A stretch of 64,000 nucleotides of DNA from an uncultured Mycoplasmatota bacterium (GCA_900552495.1 URZY01000003.1:12813-76812), one strand, 5' to 3'. Positions 9,109-19,995 are shown, counted from the first letter of the stretch. Translations and numbers: made by a program. Notes: generated from the letters alone by a model not told the origin.

Positions 9109-11646
9109 TTACATATTTTTTAAGTTGGCTAACTTTTCTTCTTCTTCAGCTAACTTTTGACGGTCCATTTCAACAATATTAGCAGGGGCCTTGTTTACAT
9201 AATTTTCATTTGATAAAAGTCCTTTACGACGAGCAATAGATGCCTCCAATTTCTTTATTTCTTCTTCTATAGCTTTAGTGTCAATTGTTTCTTGCTCGAA
9301 AAAATATGTAATTGTAATATTAGCGGACTTATAGTTTACACTAATCATGCCATCTTTTGGCTGAGTATTAAGATTTTCATCTGTTATTTTTAACTGTGAT
9401 TTGTAAATACTAGTTAAGTTTTCATTACTACAAGTTAATTTTACTAGAGCCGTTTTAGTAATTTTGTTTGTAGCTTTTAAATTACGGATAGCAACGATAT
9501 CTTCTAAAACTTTTTCTAGTTGTGCTGATTCTTCTTTGTAAATAGCTTTTTTATTATAAGTTGGATAAGAAGAAATCATAATTGATTCCGTTTCTTTGAT
9601 TGGAAGCATTGAATAGATTTCTTCTGTTACATATGGCATAAATGGATGCAACAATTTAAGAATATCTGTTAATGTATCTAAAAGAATGGTTTTTGTTGTC
9701 TGTGTTTGTCCTGTTTTAGTAAGCTCAATATACCAGTCACAAAAATCTTCCCAAATGAAACTATATAATTCGGCGCCTACATTATGAAAATCATATTTAT
9801 CCATATTTTTAATAGTAGTCTTAATTAGCTCATTTTTCTTAGTTAAAATCCACTTATCATATAGTGTAAGATCATCATTATTTATTTTACGTTCTTTCAA
9901 GTCCTGAATATTCATTAATACGAAGCGAGACGCATTCCATAATTTATTAATAAAATTCCATGATGATTTAACCTTTTCTTCATCATAGCGTAAATCCATT
10001 CCAGGTGCTGAATTGGTCGTTAAAAAGTATCTTAAAGCATCACAACCATAATTTTCAATTACATCCATTGGGTCAACACCATTTCCTAATGACTTTGACA
10101 TTTTACGTCCATCTTTATCACGAATAAGGCCATGGATTAAACAATCTTTAAATGGGCGTTTGCCTGTAAACTCTAATCCTTGAAAAGTCATTCTGTTTAC
10201 CCAAAATGGAATAATGTCATAGCCAGTTACCAAAACATTATTTGGATAATAGCGATCTAGGAGCTCCGTGCTTTCTGGCCAACCTAAAGTTGAAAATGGC
10301 CATAAAGCTGATGAGAACCAAGTGTCTAAAACATCCGGATCTTGAACCCAGCCTTCTCCAGGGCAATCAGCCTGTACTTTTACTTTATCGTCTTTGTACC
10401 AAGCAGGGATTCTATGCCCCCACCAAAGTTGTCTAGAAATACACCAATCATATGTTATTTCCATCCAGTGATTCATTGTCTTTTCGTAACGTGATGGAAC
10501 AAAATTTACCTTAGTATCTTTATTCTTTTGATTTTCTAAAACGCGATCTGCTAATGGGCGCATCTTGACAAACCATTGTTTAGATAGATAAGGCTCTACA
10601 ACTGCATCACTTCTTTCAGAATGTCCTACTGAGTGTGTCATTTCTTCTATCTTTATTAATAAATTTTGAGCTTTTAAGTCTTCTAATAAGGCTTTGCGAC
10701 ATTCTTCACGGGTCATCCCACAATACTTACCGGCATTTTCGTTCATAGTAGCATTGGGATTCATGACAACTATTCTTTCTAAATTATGTCTGTTACCTAC
10801 TTCAAAGTCGTTTGGGTCATGTGCCGGAGTAATTTTAACTACTCCTGTTCCAAATTCTGGGTCAGCATGTTCATCACCTACAATTGGAATAGGCTTATTA
10901 ACAATTGGTAAAATAACATTCTTACCAATTAAATCTTTGTAGCGATTATCATTGGGGTTAACTGCAACGGCGGTATCACCAAATAATGTTTCAGGGCGAG
11001 TTGTCGCTACTTCTAAATAACGATCTTCTCCTTCCAAATAGTATTTTAAGTGATAGAAAGCGCCTTTATCTTCTTTGTAAATTACCTCTTCAGTTGATAG
11101 TGCAGTCATCTGTTCTGGGTCCCAATTAATAATACGCTCGCCACGATAGATTAATCCTTTATTATAGAGATCAATAAACACTTGGTTTACCGCTTTGCTT
11201 AAGCCTTCATCTAATGTAAACCTTTCTTTTGTGTAATCTACTGAAATTCCCATTTTAGCCCATTGATCGTGGATTGTTTCAGCATATTCATGTTTCCAAG
11301 CCCATGCTTGCTCTAACCAATCTTCTCTTTTCATATCACGAGGTCTTATTCCTTGTTCTTTTAGTCGCTTATCTACTTTTGCTTGTGTAGCGATTCCTGC
11401 ATGATCCATTCCTGGTAACCATAAACAGTCATACCCTTGCATTCTCTTGTATCTAATTATTATATCTTGAAGAGTTACATCCCATGCGTGTCCTAAATGT
11501 AATTTACCAGTTACATTTGGTGGAGGAATTACAATACAGAATGGTGTTTTGTCACTTTTACTGTCAGCTTTAAAATAGCCTTTTGTTTTCCAATTTTCAT
11601 ATTTGCCTTGTTCAACTTCATGTGGATTATATTTTTTATCTAACAT
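9109..11646 (-). CDS. valS: valine--tRNA ligase
   Basis: HIGH region [18 protein letters not shown], and a C-terminal coiled coil. ATG 11646 is 8 nt after AGAGGA, so it is preferred over the track start at 11655. Confidence 0.95.
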   Translation of the reverse strand: MLDKKYNPHEVEQGKYENWKTKGYFKADSKSDKTPFCIVIPPPNVTGKLHLGHAWDVTLQDIIIRYKRMQGYDCLWLPGMDHAGIATQAKVDKRLKEQGIRPRDMKREDWLEQAWAWKHEYAETIHDQWAKMGISVDYTKERFTLDEGLSKAVNQVFIDLYNKGLIYRGERIINWDPEQMTALSTEEVIYKEDKGAFYHLKYYLEGEDRYLEVATTRPETLFGDTAVAVNPNDNRYKDLIGKNVILPIVNKPIPIVGDEHADPEFGTGVVKITPAHDPNDFEVGNRHNLERIVVMNPNATMNENAGKYCGMTREECRKALLEDLKAQNLLIKIEEMTHSVGHSERSDAVVEPYLSKQWFVKMRPLADRVLENQKNKDTKVNFVPSRYEKTMNHWMEITYDWCISRQLWWGHRIPAWYKDDKVKVQADCPGEGWVQDPDVLDTWFSSALWPFSTLGWPESTELLDRYYPNNVLVTGYDIIPFWVNRMTFQGLEFTGKRPFKDCLIHGLIRDKDGRKMSKSLGNGVDPMDVIENYGCDALRYFLTTNSAPGMDLRYDEEKVKSSWNFINKLWNASRFVLMNIQDLKERKINNDDLTLYDKWILTKKNELIKTTIKNMDKYDFHNVGAELYSFIWEDFCDWYIELTKTGQTQTTKTILLDTLTDILKLLHPFMPYVTEEIYSMLPIKETESIMISSYPTYNKKAIYKEESAQLEKVLEDIVAIRNLKATNKITKTALVKLTCSNENLTSIYKSQLKITDENLNTQPKDGMISVNYKSANITITYFFEQETIDTKAIEEEIKKLEASIARRKGLLSNENYVNKAPANIVEMDRQKLAEEEEKLANLKNM

Positions 11647-11696
11647 TATTATCATCCTCTTTCTTTTTATAAAATCAATTCTTTAAATTTTACCTA

Positions 11697-11867
11697 TTAA
11701 TTACAGTTAATAAAATGTGGAAGTAAGCTGCAAGCAGTCTTTACTTTGGCGACGAGAGGGTCATTGGTTGCAATAATACAAGGAGTTATTGTAATCTTAT
11801 AGAAATTTTTGGATATTATTAGCTTGTTTTTACTGGATGTAGTTTCTGCATTTCTTATCTTAGACAT
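11697..11867 (-). CDS. 56-aa ORF between T-box terminator and valS (MSKIRNAETTSSKNK...HFINCN)
   Basis: AAGGAGG (11873-11879) lies 5 nt upstream of ATG 11867. No recognisable family, so coding status is uncertain. Confidence 0.3.
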   Translation of the reverse strand: MSKIRNAETTSSKNKLIISKNFYKITITPCIIATNDPLVAKVKTACSLLPHFINCN

Positions 11868-11880
11868 TTTTACCTCCTTA

Positions 11881-12106
11881 AAATAAAAGACAAGTCCATC
11901 CAAAAGGACGAACTTGTCGTGGTACCACCTTAATTTCTATCGTTTTGATAGCTTGATATTTTTAACGGAACTAACCGGGAATACTTACTATTTAATTCAG
12001 AATTCATGCTCCATCGCTACCTTCAATATAGTTCTTTATCCATTCACACCAAATATGGACTCTCTTCAAAAGACTTAATATTTACTCCTCGATTTCTTTG
12101 CATCTG
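11881..12106 (-). promoter_or_regulatory. T-box riboswitch leader (valS)
   Basis: Minus strand carries the T-box sequence AATTAAGGTGGTACCACGACA. It overlaps a 13-bp terminator stem (GACAAGTTCGTCC/GGATGGACTTGTC, 11889-11918) followed by TTTTATTTT. A candidate GUA specifier sits in ...UUGAAGGUAGCG.... Confidence 0.85.
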
Positions 12107-12112
12107 GTTATG

Positions 12113-12141
12113 ATTATATACTAATTTTTATTGTTTTTCAA
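12113..12141 (-). promoter_or_regulatory. sigma-A type promoter of the valS leader
   Basis: Minus strand has TTGAAA, 17 nt, then TATAAT. Confidence 0.65.
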
Positions 12142-12148
12142 CATTTTT

Positions 12149-13885
12149 TTAGTTTTGAGGTGAAGTTATTTCTGATTCATATAATTGGCGATAGTTTTTA
12201 TTTGTTTTTAATAGTTCTTCATGTGTTCCTTCCGCTTCAATTCCGCCTTCATTTAAAAATAAAATTCTATCGCAATGAACAACTGTACTTAAGCGGTGAG
12301 CTATCATTAAAATTGTGTAGTTTTTTTGAAGATTAGCAATAGCCTGTTGAATATTATATTGCGTTTCATTATCAAGTGCAGACGTTGCTTCATCAAATAG
12401 TATTATTTCTGTTTTTTGTACAAAAGCTCTAGCAATAGCTAAGCGCTGCCGTTGTCCTCCACTTAAACTAATTCCTCCCTCTCCTATTACTGTATCATAT
12501 CCATTTGGTAACATTGTTATAAAATCGTGAAGACAAGCCAATTTGCATGCCTTAATCATCTCGTCTTCTGAAAGATTTTCTTTTACTAAACGAAGATTAT
12601 CACGAATGCTCATATTGAAAATATAAGGATTTTGGCTAATTATAGTGATATTTCCACGGATAGAGTCTTTATCTAGCTTATTAATATTTACGCCATCAAT
12701 TGTAATCTCTCCCGAATGAATATCATACATTTTACAAATTAAATTAAATATAGTAGATTTCCCTACTCCTGATTTTCCAACAAAAGCGACGGTTGTATTT
12801 GCTTTAATGTCAAAAGAGAGATTTTTTAGAACGTCTCTTTCATTGTCGTAAGAAAAAGTAACATTTTTAAATGATAAATTACCCCTTATACGATTTAGGT
12901 GATGATTACCAAATTTCTCTTTTTGAAAATCATTACTCTCAATTATAGCAAAAATTCTGGACGACGATAGATTAAAGTCTTTTACTGCATTTAAAAGCAT
13001 ACTAGCATAGCTAACAATTGAGGTTACTCGAGACATATAATTGTGAACTACAATAGCGCTAGCAACTTCTAATTGTCCTTTTATTATGAGAATAACTAAG
13101 AGAAATATCATGCCCGTATCATATAAATCAATTAAAGTTCCTCTTAGGAGGCTATAATTTCGATCGACCTTTTGCATAGCATATCGATGTTGGTTTAAAT
13201 CAGTTACCTTAAAATGTAATTCCTTCATAAAACTTTTTTCAGCATTGAGCATTTTTATATCGCGGACTCCGCGCACTAGTTCACCAACAAATCCAGACGT
13301 ATTCTCATGTTTCTTTCTATATATTTTGTCTTTTTCATTATAAAGTTTTATTCGTTTGCTTTCTACAAAGTAAATTGAAAGTATCATTATTAAAAGATAG
13401 AAGAAAGCAAGTTTATTTATAATGAACACGGCGGCAAAAATTCCAATATCTGTGATAATGCTTGAAAGGTAATAATTTAGAACATTAAAGATGTCAGCTA
13501 TTCTGCTTGTGTCATTTGTTAGACGTTGTATAAAAACACCCGACGAATTTGCATCGATACTTTTATTTTCAAGTTTTAAAATCTCTGCTCCTAGTGCGCT
13601 TTGAACTTCTGTGAATGTCTCGCGGTATATTACCTGTGAAAAATACTTTGTTCCATAATTGATTAAATTTCTGGAAAGTTCTACAGCTAAAATTACTAGG
13701 CTGATATATAAAACTTGTTTAAATTCATTACTAGTTAAGCTAACTATTACATTGGCACTAAGAATTGGAATAAAAATACTTATCAAAATTGAGATTATAT
13801 TGAATATTATATAAAAGATTAATTTTAATTTTTGTTTTTTAGTATAACGCCATGCATATTTTATATTTTCAAGTAATTCTTTCAT
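12149..13885 (-). CDS. ABC exporter, fused permease/ATPase (MsbA/LmrA type)
   Basis: Six N-terminal TM segments, Walker A GKSGVGKST, signature LSGGQRQR and Walker B ILFDEATSALD. Confidence 0.9.
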   Translation of the reverse strand: MKELLENIKYAWRYTKKQKLKLIFYIIFNIISILISIFIPILSANVIVSLTSNEFKQVLYISLVILAVELSRNLINYGTKYFSQVIYRETFTEVQSALGAEILKLENKSIDANSSGVFIQRLTNDTSRIADIFNVLNYYLSSIITDIGIFAAVFIINKLAFFYLLIMILSIYFVESKRIKLYNEKDKIYRKKHENTSGFVGELVRGVRDIKMLNAEKSFMKELHFKVTDLNQHRYAMQKVDRNYSLLRGTLIDLYDTGMIFLLVILIIKGQLEVASAIVVHNYMSRVTSIVSYASMLLNAVKDFNLSSSRIFAIIESNDFQKEKFGNHHLNRIRGNLSFKNVTFSYDNERDVLKNLSFDIKANTTVAFVGKSGVGKSTIFNLICKMYDIHSGEITIDGVNINKLDKDSIRGNITIISQNPYIFNMSIRDNLRLVKENLSEDEMIKACKLACLHDFITMLPNGYDTVIGEGGISLSGGQRQRLAIARAFVQKTEIILFDEATSALDNETQYNIQQAIANLQKNYTILMIAHRLSTVVHCDRILFLNEGGIEAEGTHEELLKTNKNYRQLYESEITSPQN

Positions 13886-13976
13886 CTATCACACCTCACT
13901 ACTTTGTTTTATTATAGCACATTGTTTATGCTATTAGTGAAATCTTTGTGAAGTTAGTTGGCGATATTAAATTTTT

Positions 13977-14984
13977 ATGATACTATATAGTGGTTTAAAT
14001 CGTTTGGTGGTGGTTGATGTGTCAATAAAGAAACTAAAATTATTTTTAACATATTCAGCTATTATTGGAGTGCTTGGTAGTGGTGGATATATGAAATTTT
14101 GTCGCGATAAAGCTAACGATTTTTCTGCAAAGACAAAAAATTATATTTCGAAATTTGAAGATGATGATTTTGAAATTGCTGCTCATCGTGGCTGTACTTT
14201 TGAAGAAGTGGAAAATACAATGCCAGCATTAAAGGCTGCAAGTGAAGCCGGTTTTGTGGATTATATTGAACTTGATACGCGGCTTAGCGGTGATGGTAAA
14301 TTAGTTGTTGCTCATAATTCATCGGTTAATGAAGACTGGTTTTCTTCGACAAATATTTCTAAAACAAATTCTTTTGATCTAGAAAATGGCAATTATAGAT
14401 ATTTCCCTCCTATCTTTGATGATTTTGTGAAATCATTTTTTAATCCAACTGAAGGAGTTATTATACAAGAAAGACTAATTAATACTTTTGGAAAGGAATT
14501 TTCTGTTCCAAGTATTGACGATGCGATCAAGGCATGTGGCGATAAGACAATCCTAATTGATTTAAAGTTTAGTAATAATCAAGCAAGATTTTACGAAACC
14601 ATAAAAGAATTTCTTGCAAAAAATGATGGTCATAATATTATTTTACAAAGTGCTGATTTAGATGCCTTAAGAGCTTTGCAAGTAACTTTTCCTCAGTATA
14701 AATATTTAGCTATTGTTGATTCTGAAGATGATTTTTCTAAATGTATAACCTTTGATATACTTGGTGTTAGAAAAAATTTAATTAATACACCGGACGTGAT
14801 GACATATTTAGAAGATGGTAAAAAGTTATCTGTTTGGACAGTTAATTCAATTGAGGATGTTGACTTAGTTATGGAAGCTACGGGAGATTATGCAACTGAA
14901 TTAATTTATGTCACGGACTATCCACAGATTGTTGCTACTCATCTTGGTGAGTCAACTTTGCAAAAGAAAAAGGTTACTAATTAA
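13977..14984 (+). CDS. glycerophosphodiester phosphodiesterase family protein, membrane anchored
   Basis: GDPD motifs AAHRG, ENT and IELD. The true start may be GTG near 14008, after a GGTGGTGG RBS. Confidence 0.7.
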   Translation: MILYSGLNRLVVVDVSIKKLKLFLTYSAIIGVLGSGGYMKFCRDKANDFSAKTKNYISKFEDDDFEIAAHRGCTFEEVENTMPALKAASEAGFVDYIELDTRLSGDGKLVVAHNSSVNEDWFSSTNISKTNSFDLENGNYRYFPPIFDDFVKSFFNPTEGVIIQERLINTFGKEFSVPSIDDAIKACGDKTILIDLKFSNNQARFYETIKEFLAKNDGHNIILQSADLDALRALQVTFPQYKYLAIVDSEDDFSKCITFDILGVRKNLINTPDVMTYLEDGKKLSVWTVNSIEDVDLVMEATGDYATELIYVTDYPQIVATHLGESTLQKKKVTN

Positions 14985-15694
14985 TTGGTAACCTTTTCTA
15001 CTTCTTTATATGTTTTTCCCTTTAAGTCAATTACTGCTTTTGTAATTTTTAAGTTTTGGGCTAACTTGCCAGATTGGGAATCACTAACCCTTTCTTGAGA
15101 AACAATTCTTTTTATGTTATCCCAGCCATCAATTACCTTTCCAAATGCTGCATATTCACCATCAAGATATGAGGCTTCTCCTAGCATAATAAAGAATTGG
15201 CTTCCAGCTGAATCATATGATTGACTCCTAGCCATTGAAACAATTTTTTCTTCATGTTTCAAATCATTTTTGTAACCATTTGAAGAAAATTCTCCCTTTA
15301 TTGTATATCCTGGTCCGCCATTTCCTTGGCCGTTTGGATCCCCACCTTGTAAAACAAAACCTGGCACTAATCTATGAAATGTATTATTGTCATAGAATCC
15401 ACTCTGGACTAATGATATAAAGTTATTTACTGTGTTTTCTGCAATTTCTGGATATAGTTCAATTACTATAGAACCATATCCTTCGATATGCATTGCAACA
15501 ACTGGATTTTCTGTATTATATTGGTCTAAATTCATATTATTACCTTCTATTTCATAATTAATATTTAATAATTCCTCTTTTTGAGTTGATTTATTTTTAT
15601 TATCTTTTGTAATAAGCAGAATTGTTACTAAGACAATTAAAATTACTAAAATTACACTAATCATTATTAGATTATTTTTTTTGTTATTATCCAT
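14981..15694 (-). CDS. cyclophilin-type peptidyl-prolyl isomerase, membrane anchored
   Basis: FHRLVPGFVLQGGDP and the GSQFFI motif, plus an N-terminal TM. Confidence 0.9.
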   Translation of the reverse strand: MDNNKKNNLIMISVILVILIVLVTILLITKDNKNKSTQKEELLNINYEIEGNNMNLDQYNTENPVVAMHIEGYGSIVIELYPEIAENTVNNFISLVQSGFYDNNTFHRLVPGFVLQGGDPNGQGNGGPGYTIKGEFSSNGYKNDLKHEEKIVSMARSQSYDSAGSQFFIMLGEASYLDGEYAAFGKVIDGWDNIKRIVSQERVSDSQSGKLAQNLKITKAVIDLKGKTYKEVEKVTN

Positions 15695-17084
15695 TTTTCT
15701 TTTCCTTTGCTAATATATCTCTAGCTGCGACTAACCCAGTGGCAGCTGCAACAACTATGTTACCAGCTTTGCCGGCCCCATCTCCTATAAAATAGATTTC
15801 CTCATTTTCAAGTTTAAAACTGTTATTTGTTGTTATCTCATTACTAAAGAACTTGATTTCTGGACCATATAGAAGCGTTTCATCATTATTTACCCCTGGA
15901 ATTATTTTATCTAATTTCTCTAATCCTTCTAATATGTTAGTGATGATTCGATGAGGCAATACTAACGCCAAGTCACCGGCTACACAGTCTTTTAATGTTG
16001 GCTCAATAAAACCTTTTTCTATTCTTTTCCATGTAGAACGACGACCATGACGTAAATCTTTAAGTGATTGAATTATCGGTTTTGAGTCACCCAGAACATT
16101 GGCTATTTTAGCAATAGATTCTCCGTATTCACGGGTATTAGTTACAGGCTCAGTTAAATTAACACGACTTATAAAAGCAAAATTGCTATTATTTGATTTT
16201 ATGTCCTTTAATGCGTGTCCGTTTACACATATATACCCATAATAATTCTCCTTAGCAACAAAGCCACCTGGATTAGTACAAAAGGTCCTTATCTCATCGC
16301 CATATGTATCAGTTTTTATAAATATTGTTGGATCGTAAATAACATTGGTAATCTTTTCTAATATTTCTTTTCTTACCTCTACTCTTACGCCAATTTCAAT
16401 ACTTTGTGATAAATACGGAATTTTATATTTGTCTGCAAGTTCTTGAATCCACTTAGCGCCTGTTCTACCCGGTGCGACGACAATTTTTGTTCCTTCTAAT
16501 TTTTTATCTTTATTGTAGATGACTTCATATTTTCCATTTTTTGGAACAATATCTTGTACGTCAGCATTCTCAAATAAATCGACACCTTTTTTCTCTAAAT
16601 AATTACTAAATTCCTCAATATATTCTGGAAGATGATCGCTTCCTAAATGCTTTTGCTTTATTAAAAGCAAGCGAGCCCCAGAAATTGCAACTTGTCGTTT
16701 TATCTCTTCTGCTTCACTTATATTGCTCGGATAAATATCACTATCCATATGAAATTTAGTAAATATTTTTTCTGTGTCGTCAATCAGCTGGTTTGCTGCA
16801 CTTTCAGACATGTATTTGAACAAATCACTTTTTCCTAATTTCGGTATGAAATTTAACTTACCATCCGAGAATGTTCCTGCCCCACCATATCCAGATAGAA
16901 TTCTACATGGATTACAGTTTGCGCATGCAGTTTTATTTTTATTCATTGGGCAAAATCTTCCCGATACTTTTTTTCCTTTGTCTAACAACGCAATTTTAAG
17001 TTTTTGCGAATTAGTTATTAGTTCATAAGCGGCAAATAATCCGGCTGGGCCGGCTCCGATAATGATTACGTCATATTTCATCAA
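15687..17084 (-). CDS. FAD-dependent oxidoreductase (COG2509-like)
   Basis: N-terminal dinucleotide fold VIIIGAGPAGLFAA and C-terminal IGDGAG. Confidence 0.75.
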   Translation of the reverse strand: MMKYDVIIIGAGPAGLFAAYELITNSQKLKIALLDKGKKVSGRFCPMNKNKTACANCNPCRILSGYGGAGTFSDGKLNFIPKLGKSDLFKYMSESAANQLIDDTEKIFTKFHMDSDIYPSNISEAEEIKRQVAISGARLLLIKQKHLGSDHLPEYIEEFSNYLEKKGVDLFENADVQDIVPKNGKYEVIYNKDKKLEGTKIVVAPGRTGAKWIQELADKYKIPYLSQSIEIGVRVEVRKEILEKITNVIYDPTIFIKTDTYGDEIRTFCTNPGGFVAKENYYGYICVNGHALKDIKSNNSNFAFISRVNLTEPVTNTREYGESIAKIANVLGDSKPIIQSLKDLRHGRRSTWKRIEKGFIEPTLKDCVAGDLALVLPHRIITNILEGLEKLDKIIPGVNNDETLLYGPEIKFFSNEITTNNSFKLENEEIYFIGDGAGKAGNIVVAAATGLVAARDILAKEKKNG

Positions 17085-17200
17085 ATCACCATATTCATTT
17101 TAACATACTTTTTTTTGTTTTGACTAATAAATTTGTAAATTAATTTATTTCTCCTAGTAAGCAAGCATATTTTTTGCTAAAATAGAATTGGTGATAATAG

Positions 17201-18115
17201 ATGACACGTGAAGAATTAAATCAAGAAAAACAACAAGAAATCATTGCTGCTGAACGTAGGGAGCGACGAAAAAAAATTACGATCTTAGTCTTTAAAATAC
17301 TTTGTGCAATTGTCGTTGGGTTTACAGTTTTTTATTTGTATACCACTTATATTTCCTCTGGACTTTTAACAATTAAGGAAAATCGTATAATTGATAAGAA
17401 TTTACCTAATAATTTTTCTGGACTTAAAGTAATTCAAATATCAGATTTGCATTATGGAACAACAGTATTTCAAACAGAAGTAGAAGAATTGGTTAGAAAG
17501 ATCAATAAAAGAAAGCCGGACTTGGTAATTTTTACTGGGGATTTGGTAGATAAGAACTATGACATTAATACGAGCGAGCAAGAAGAACTAATTAATTTGT
17601 TAAAGAAGATTAAAGCTACATTGGGAAAATATGCGGTTCCAGGAGAAGAAGATGATGATTTATTTTACATAATTATGAAGCAAAGTGAATTCAATGTTTT
17701 AGAAAATGACTATGACTTAATATACAAAGATAATATGCAGCCAATTATTTTAATTGGATTAGGTACAGATGTATCTTCAAAAAGTATTTCTAATGGTTTT
17801 GCTTATTTTAATGATCCAACACATAATAGTAATATTTATACAATTGTAGCAGGTCATGATCCTGATTCTATTGATGCGGTCCTTAACAGCCATGAGGTAA
17901 ACCTATATTTGGCTGGTCATTCTCATAACGGTACCATTAGACTTCCTATAATTGGTGGAATATACAAAAAAGACGGAGCAAATAAATATATTGATGAATA
18001 CTATAAAGTTGGAAAAACGAAACTATATATATCTAGTGGATTAGGAACTACTGAACCTGGATTTAGACTATTTTGTAGGCCAAGTTTTAATTTTTTTAGA
18101 ATTTCTACTAGGTAA
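17201..18115 (+). CDS. membrane-anchored calcineurin-like metallophosphoesterase
   Basis: Motifs ISDLHYG, FTGDLVD and GHSHNG. Confidence 0.8.
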   Translation: MTREELNQEKQQEIIAAERRERRKKITILVFKILCAIVVGFTVFYLYTTYISSGLLTIKENRIIDKNLPNNFSGLKVIQISDLHYGTTVFQTEVEELVRKINKRKPDLVIFTGDLVDKNYDINTSEQEELINLLKKIKATLGKYAVPGEEDDDLFYIIMKQSEFNVLENDYDLIYKDNMQPIILIGLGTDVSSKSISNGFAYFNDPTHNSNIYTIVAGHDPDSIDAVLNSHEVNLYLAGHSHNGTIRLPIIGGIYKKDGANKYIDEYYKVGKTKLYISSGLGTTEPGFRLFCRPSFNFFRISTR

Positions 18116-19170
18116 TTTGTTCCTTTTTTGAAGATGGATACCTCATCTTCTTTTTTTTCCTCATTTTTATAAATATTTACTCTACCTATTGTTTCATTAT
18201 TTAATTTTATTTGAACATATCCTATTATTTCTTTAATTTCGCTTTCGTTAAAAAGTATAACCTTGGTTTTAATATTTTCTCTTTCTTTTTTTGTTAGTGG
18301 ATATACAAAAGAGTTTTTTAAATGAACTTTATTTTTATATTTGGAGTTTTCCAATTTAAATGTTTCCTTATTTATTATTGTATAATTCTTGTATTTACTG
18401 TAAATGTTTTCATATAAACTTTTATGAGTATCATATGTATCAGAATCATTTAAAGATACTATGCTTAAACTCAATCCATCTTTTTCTGCTGTTGTTACAA
18501 GTGTCTTGCCAGCATCTGGAGTATAGCCATTCTTCCCACCAGTGCAGTATTCATACATATTTAATAGTTTATTTCTATTATACCAAAGATAGGCCTTATT
18601 TTTAGTTTTTGCAGAATATTTTTTCGTTTTAGATATTTTCATGTATTGCTTATTTCTACTTGCATATTGAGAAAGCAAGGCCATATCATAGGCCGTCGAA
18701 TAATTCTTTGTGTAGTCGTCAAGACCATGTGGATTTTCAAATGTTGTATTATTCATACCTAATTCTTTTGCTTTTTTATTCATCATCTCTACAAACTTTT
18801 CTTCTGTACCGCCTATATTAATTGACAGTGTTTTAGCTGCATCGTTTCCACTTCTTAATATTAAACCGTATAATAAATTTTTAATTGTAATTTTTTCGCC
18901 AACTTCTATATATATGTTTGTTCCATACATATCAAGGATTTCGTTGCCAACCTTTATCGTGTCATCAAGGTTAGCATTTTCGATAGTCAAGATTGCAGTC
19001 ATTATTTTTGTAGTTGATGCAATTAGCCTTTTCTCATTAATATTATTTTTATATAGCACTCTACCTGTTGCATTATCAATCACTATGCTTGATGCCGAAT
19101 TGTCTTTTGCTGATATATTAATTGGAAAAAATAACATGACCAAAAATAAACATAAAAAAAATCTTGTCAT
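18001..19170 (-). CDS. D-alanyl-D-alanine carboxypeptidase (PBP5/DacB type)
   Basis: Signal peptide, SxxK (ASTTKIMT), SGN (RSGND) and a KNG/KTG-like box. The last ~38 codons overlap the convergent phosphoesterase gene. Confidence 0.85.
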   Translation of the reverse strand: MTRFFLCLFLVMLFFPINISAKDNSASSIVIDNATGRVLYKNNINEKRLIASTTKIMTAILTIENANLDDTIKVGNEILDMYGTNIYIEVGEKITIKNLLYGLILRSGNDAAKTLSINIGGTEEKFVEMMNKKAKELGMNNTTFENPHGLDDYTKNYSTAYDMALLSQYASRNKQYMKISKTKKYSAKTKNKAYLWYNRNKLLNMYEYCTGGKNGYTPDAGKTLVTTAEKDGLSLSIVSLNDSDTYDTHKSLYENIYSKYKNYTIINKETFKLENSKYKNKVHLKNSFVYPLTKKERENIKTKVILFNESEIKEIIGYVQIKLNNETIGRVNIYKNEEKKEDEVSIFKKGTNYLVEILKKLKLGLQNSLNPGSVVPNPLDIYSFVFPTL

Positions 19171-19233
19171 AGCATCACCTTTTTTTATAATTCTATTCGA
19201 ACTTTTAAAAAAAATGCGAATAATATTTATGAG

Positions 19234-19995
19234 GTGATTATTATAAATACAGATATAGAAAATCTCATTGAGACATTAAAGAAAATAAAAATGAGAGGCT
19301 GGATAGATATGACGCGTGCTGGATATGGTGAAAATGGTCTTTTTTTGGAATCTTTACTTAACATTAAACATAATGATTTACCTATACCAGACTATAACGA
19401 TATTGAGTTGAAAGTGCAAAGTAAATATTCTGAGTACCCTATTACACTTTTTAGTCTTGATTTGAATGGTCCCGGGCCAATGGAATTACAAAGACTAGTT
19501 GCAAGATATGGCGCTTATGATTCAATGTATCCAAACAGTAAAATTCTTTATATAAGATTAAATCACAAAGAATATACTAAATGGGGGAAATCATTAAAAA
19601 TGAAATTGCATTATAATAAATATGAAAAAAAATTGTATATACATGTTTCACATAAAAACGGTAAAACAATTGAGATAAAATCTTTTTGGCATATTAATTC
19701 TATTCTTTCTACAATGCAAAGAAAACTAAGCAATCTTTGCGTTGTAGAATGTCAGACTAAAACAAATAATTTTTCAAAGTACATTTACTATTCAAATTTT
19801 AAATTGTATAAATTATTAAGTCATGACAACTTTATAAAGGCTCTACTTAATGGAAAAATATTTGTTCATATAAAATATGGAATATATAAAAGTGGGCCAA
19901 AAGCAGGGCTACCATATAATCATGGAATATCATTTCAAGTATACTTTAAAGATTTAAATAATATTTTCGAAGAGGTTTTTTTGCAAAAAAAATAG
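19234..19995 (+). CDS. PD-(D/E)XK nuclease-like protein, probably MvaI/BcnI restriction-endonuclease family
   Basis: The segment GENGLFLESLLNIKHNDLPIPDYNDIELKVQ...ITLFS fits the family's GxxxE...PD...ELK core as recalled from memory. The C-terminal KSGPKAGLPYNHGISFQV fits too. The start is uncertain because GTG 19234 lies inside GAGGTGA. Confidence 0.5.
   Translation: MIIINTDIENLIETLKKIKMRGWIDMTRAGYGENGLFLESLLNIKHNDLPIPDYNDIELKVQSKYSEYPITLFSLDLNGPGPMELQRLVARYGAYDSMYPNSKILYIRLNHKEYTKWGKSLKMKLHYNKYEKKLYIHVSHKNGKTIEIKSFWHINSILSTMQRKLSNLCVVECQTKTNNFSKYIYYSNFKLYKLLSHDNFIKALLNGKIFVHIKYGIYKSGPKAGLPYNHGISFQVYFKDLNNIFEEVFLQKK

Noticed and set aside
11697-11903. Long version of the small ORF (track start MDGLVFYFKEVK…)
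   Set aside because: That start lies inside the T-box terminator stem and has no RBS. Only the internal ATG 11867, after AAGGAGG, is plausible.
13991-14010. 14-nt motif AATCGTTTGGTGGT shared between 13999-14012 and 40648-40661
   Set aside because: Only two copies were seen. One coincides with a GGTGG Shine-Dalgarno-like stretch. That is not enough to call a repeat family without a genome-wide search.
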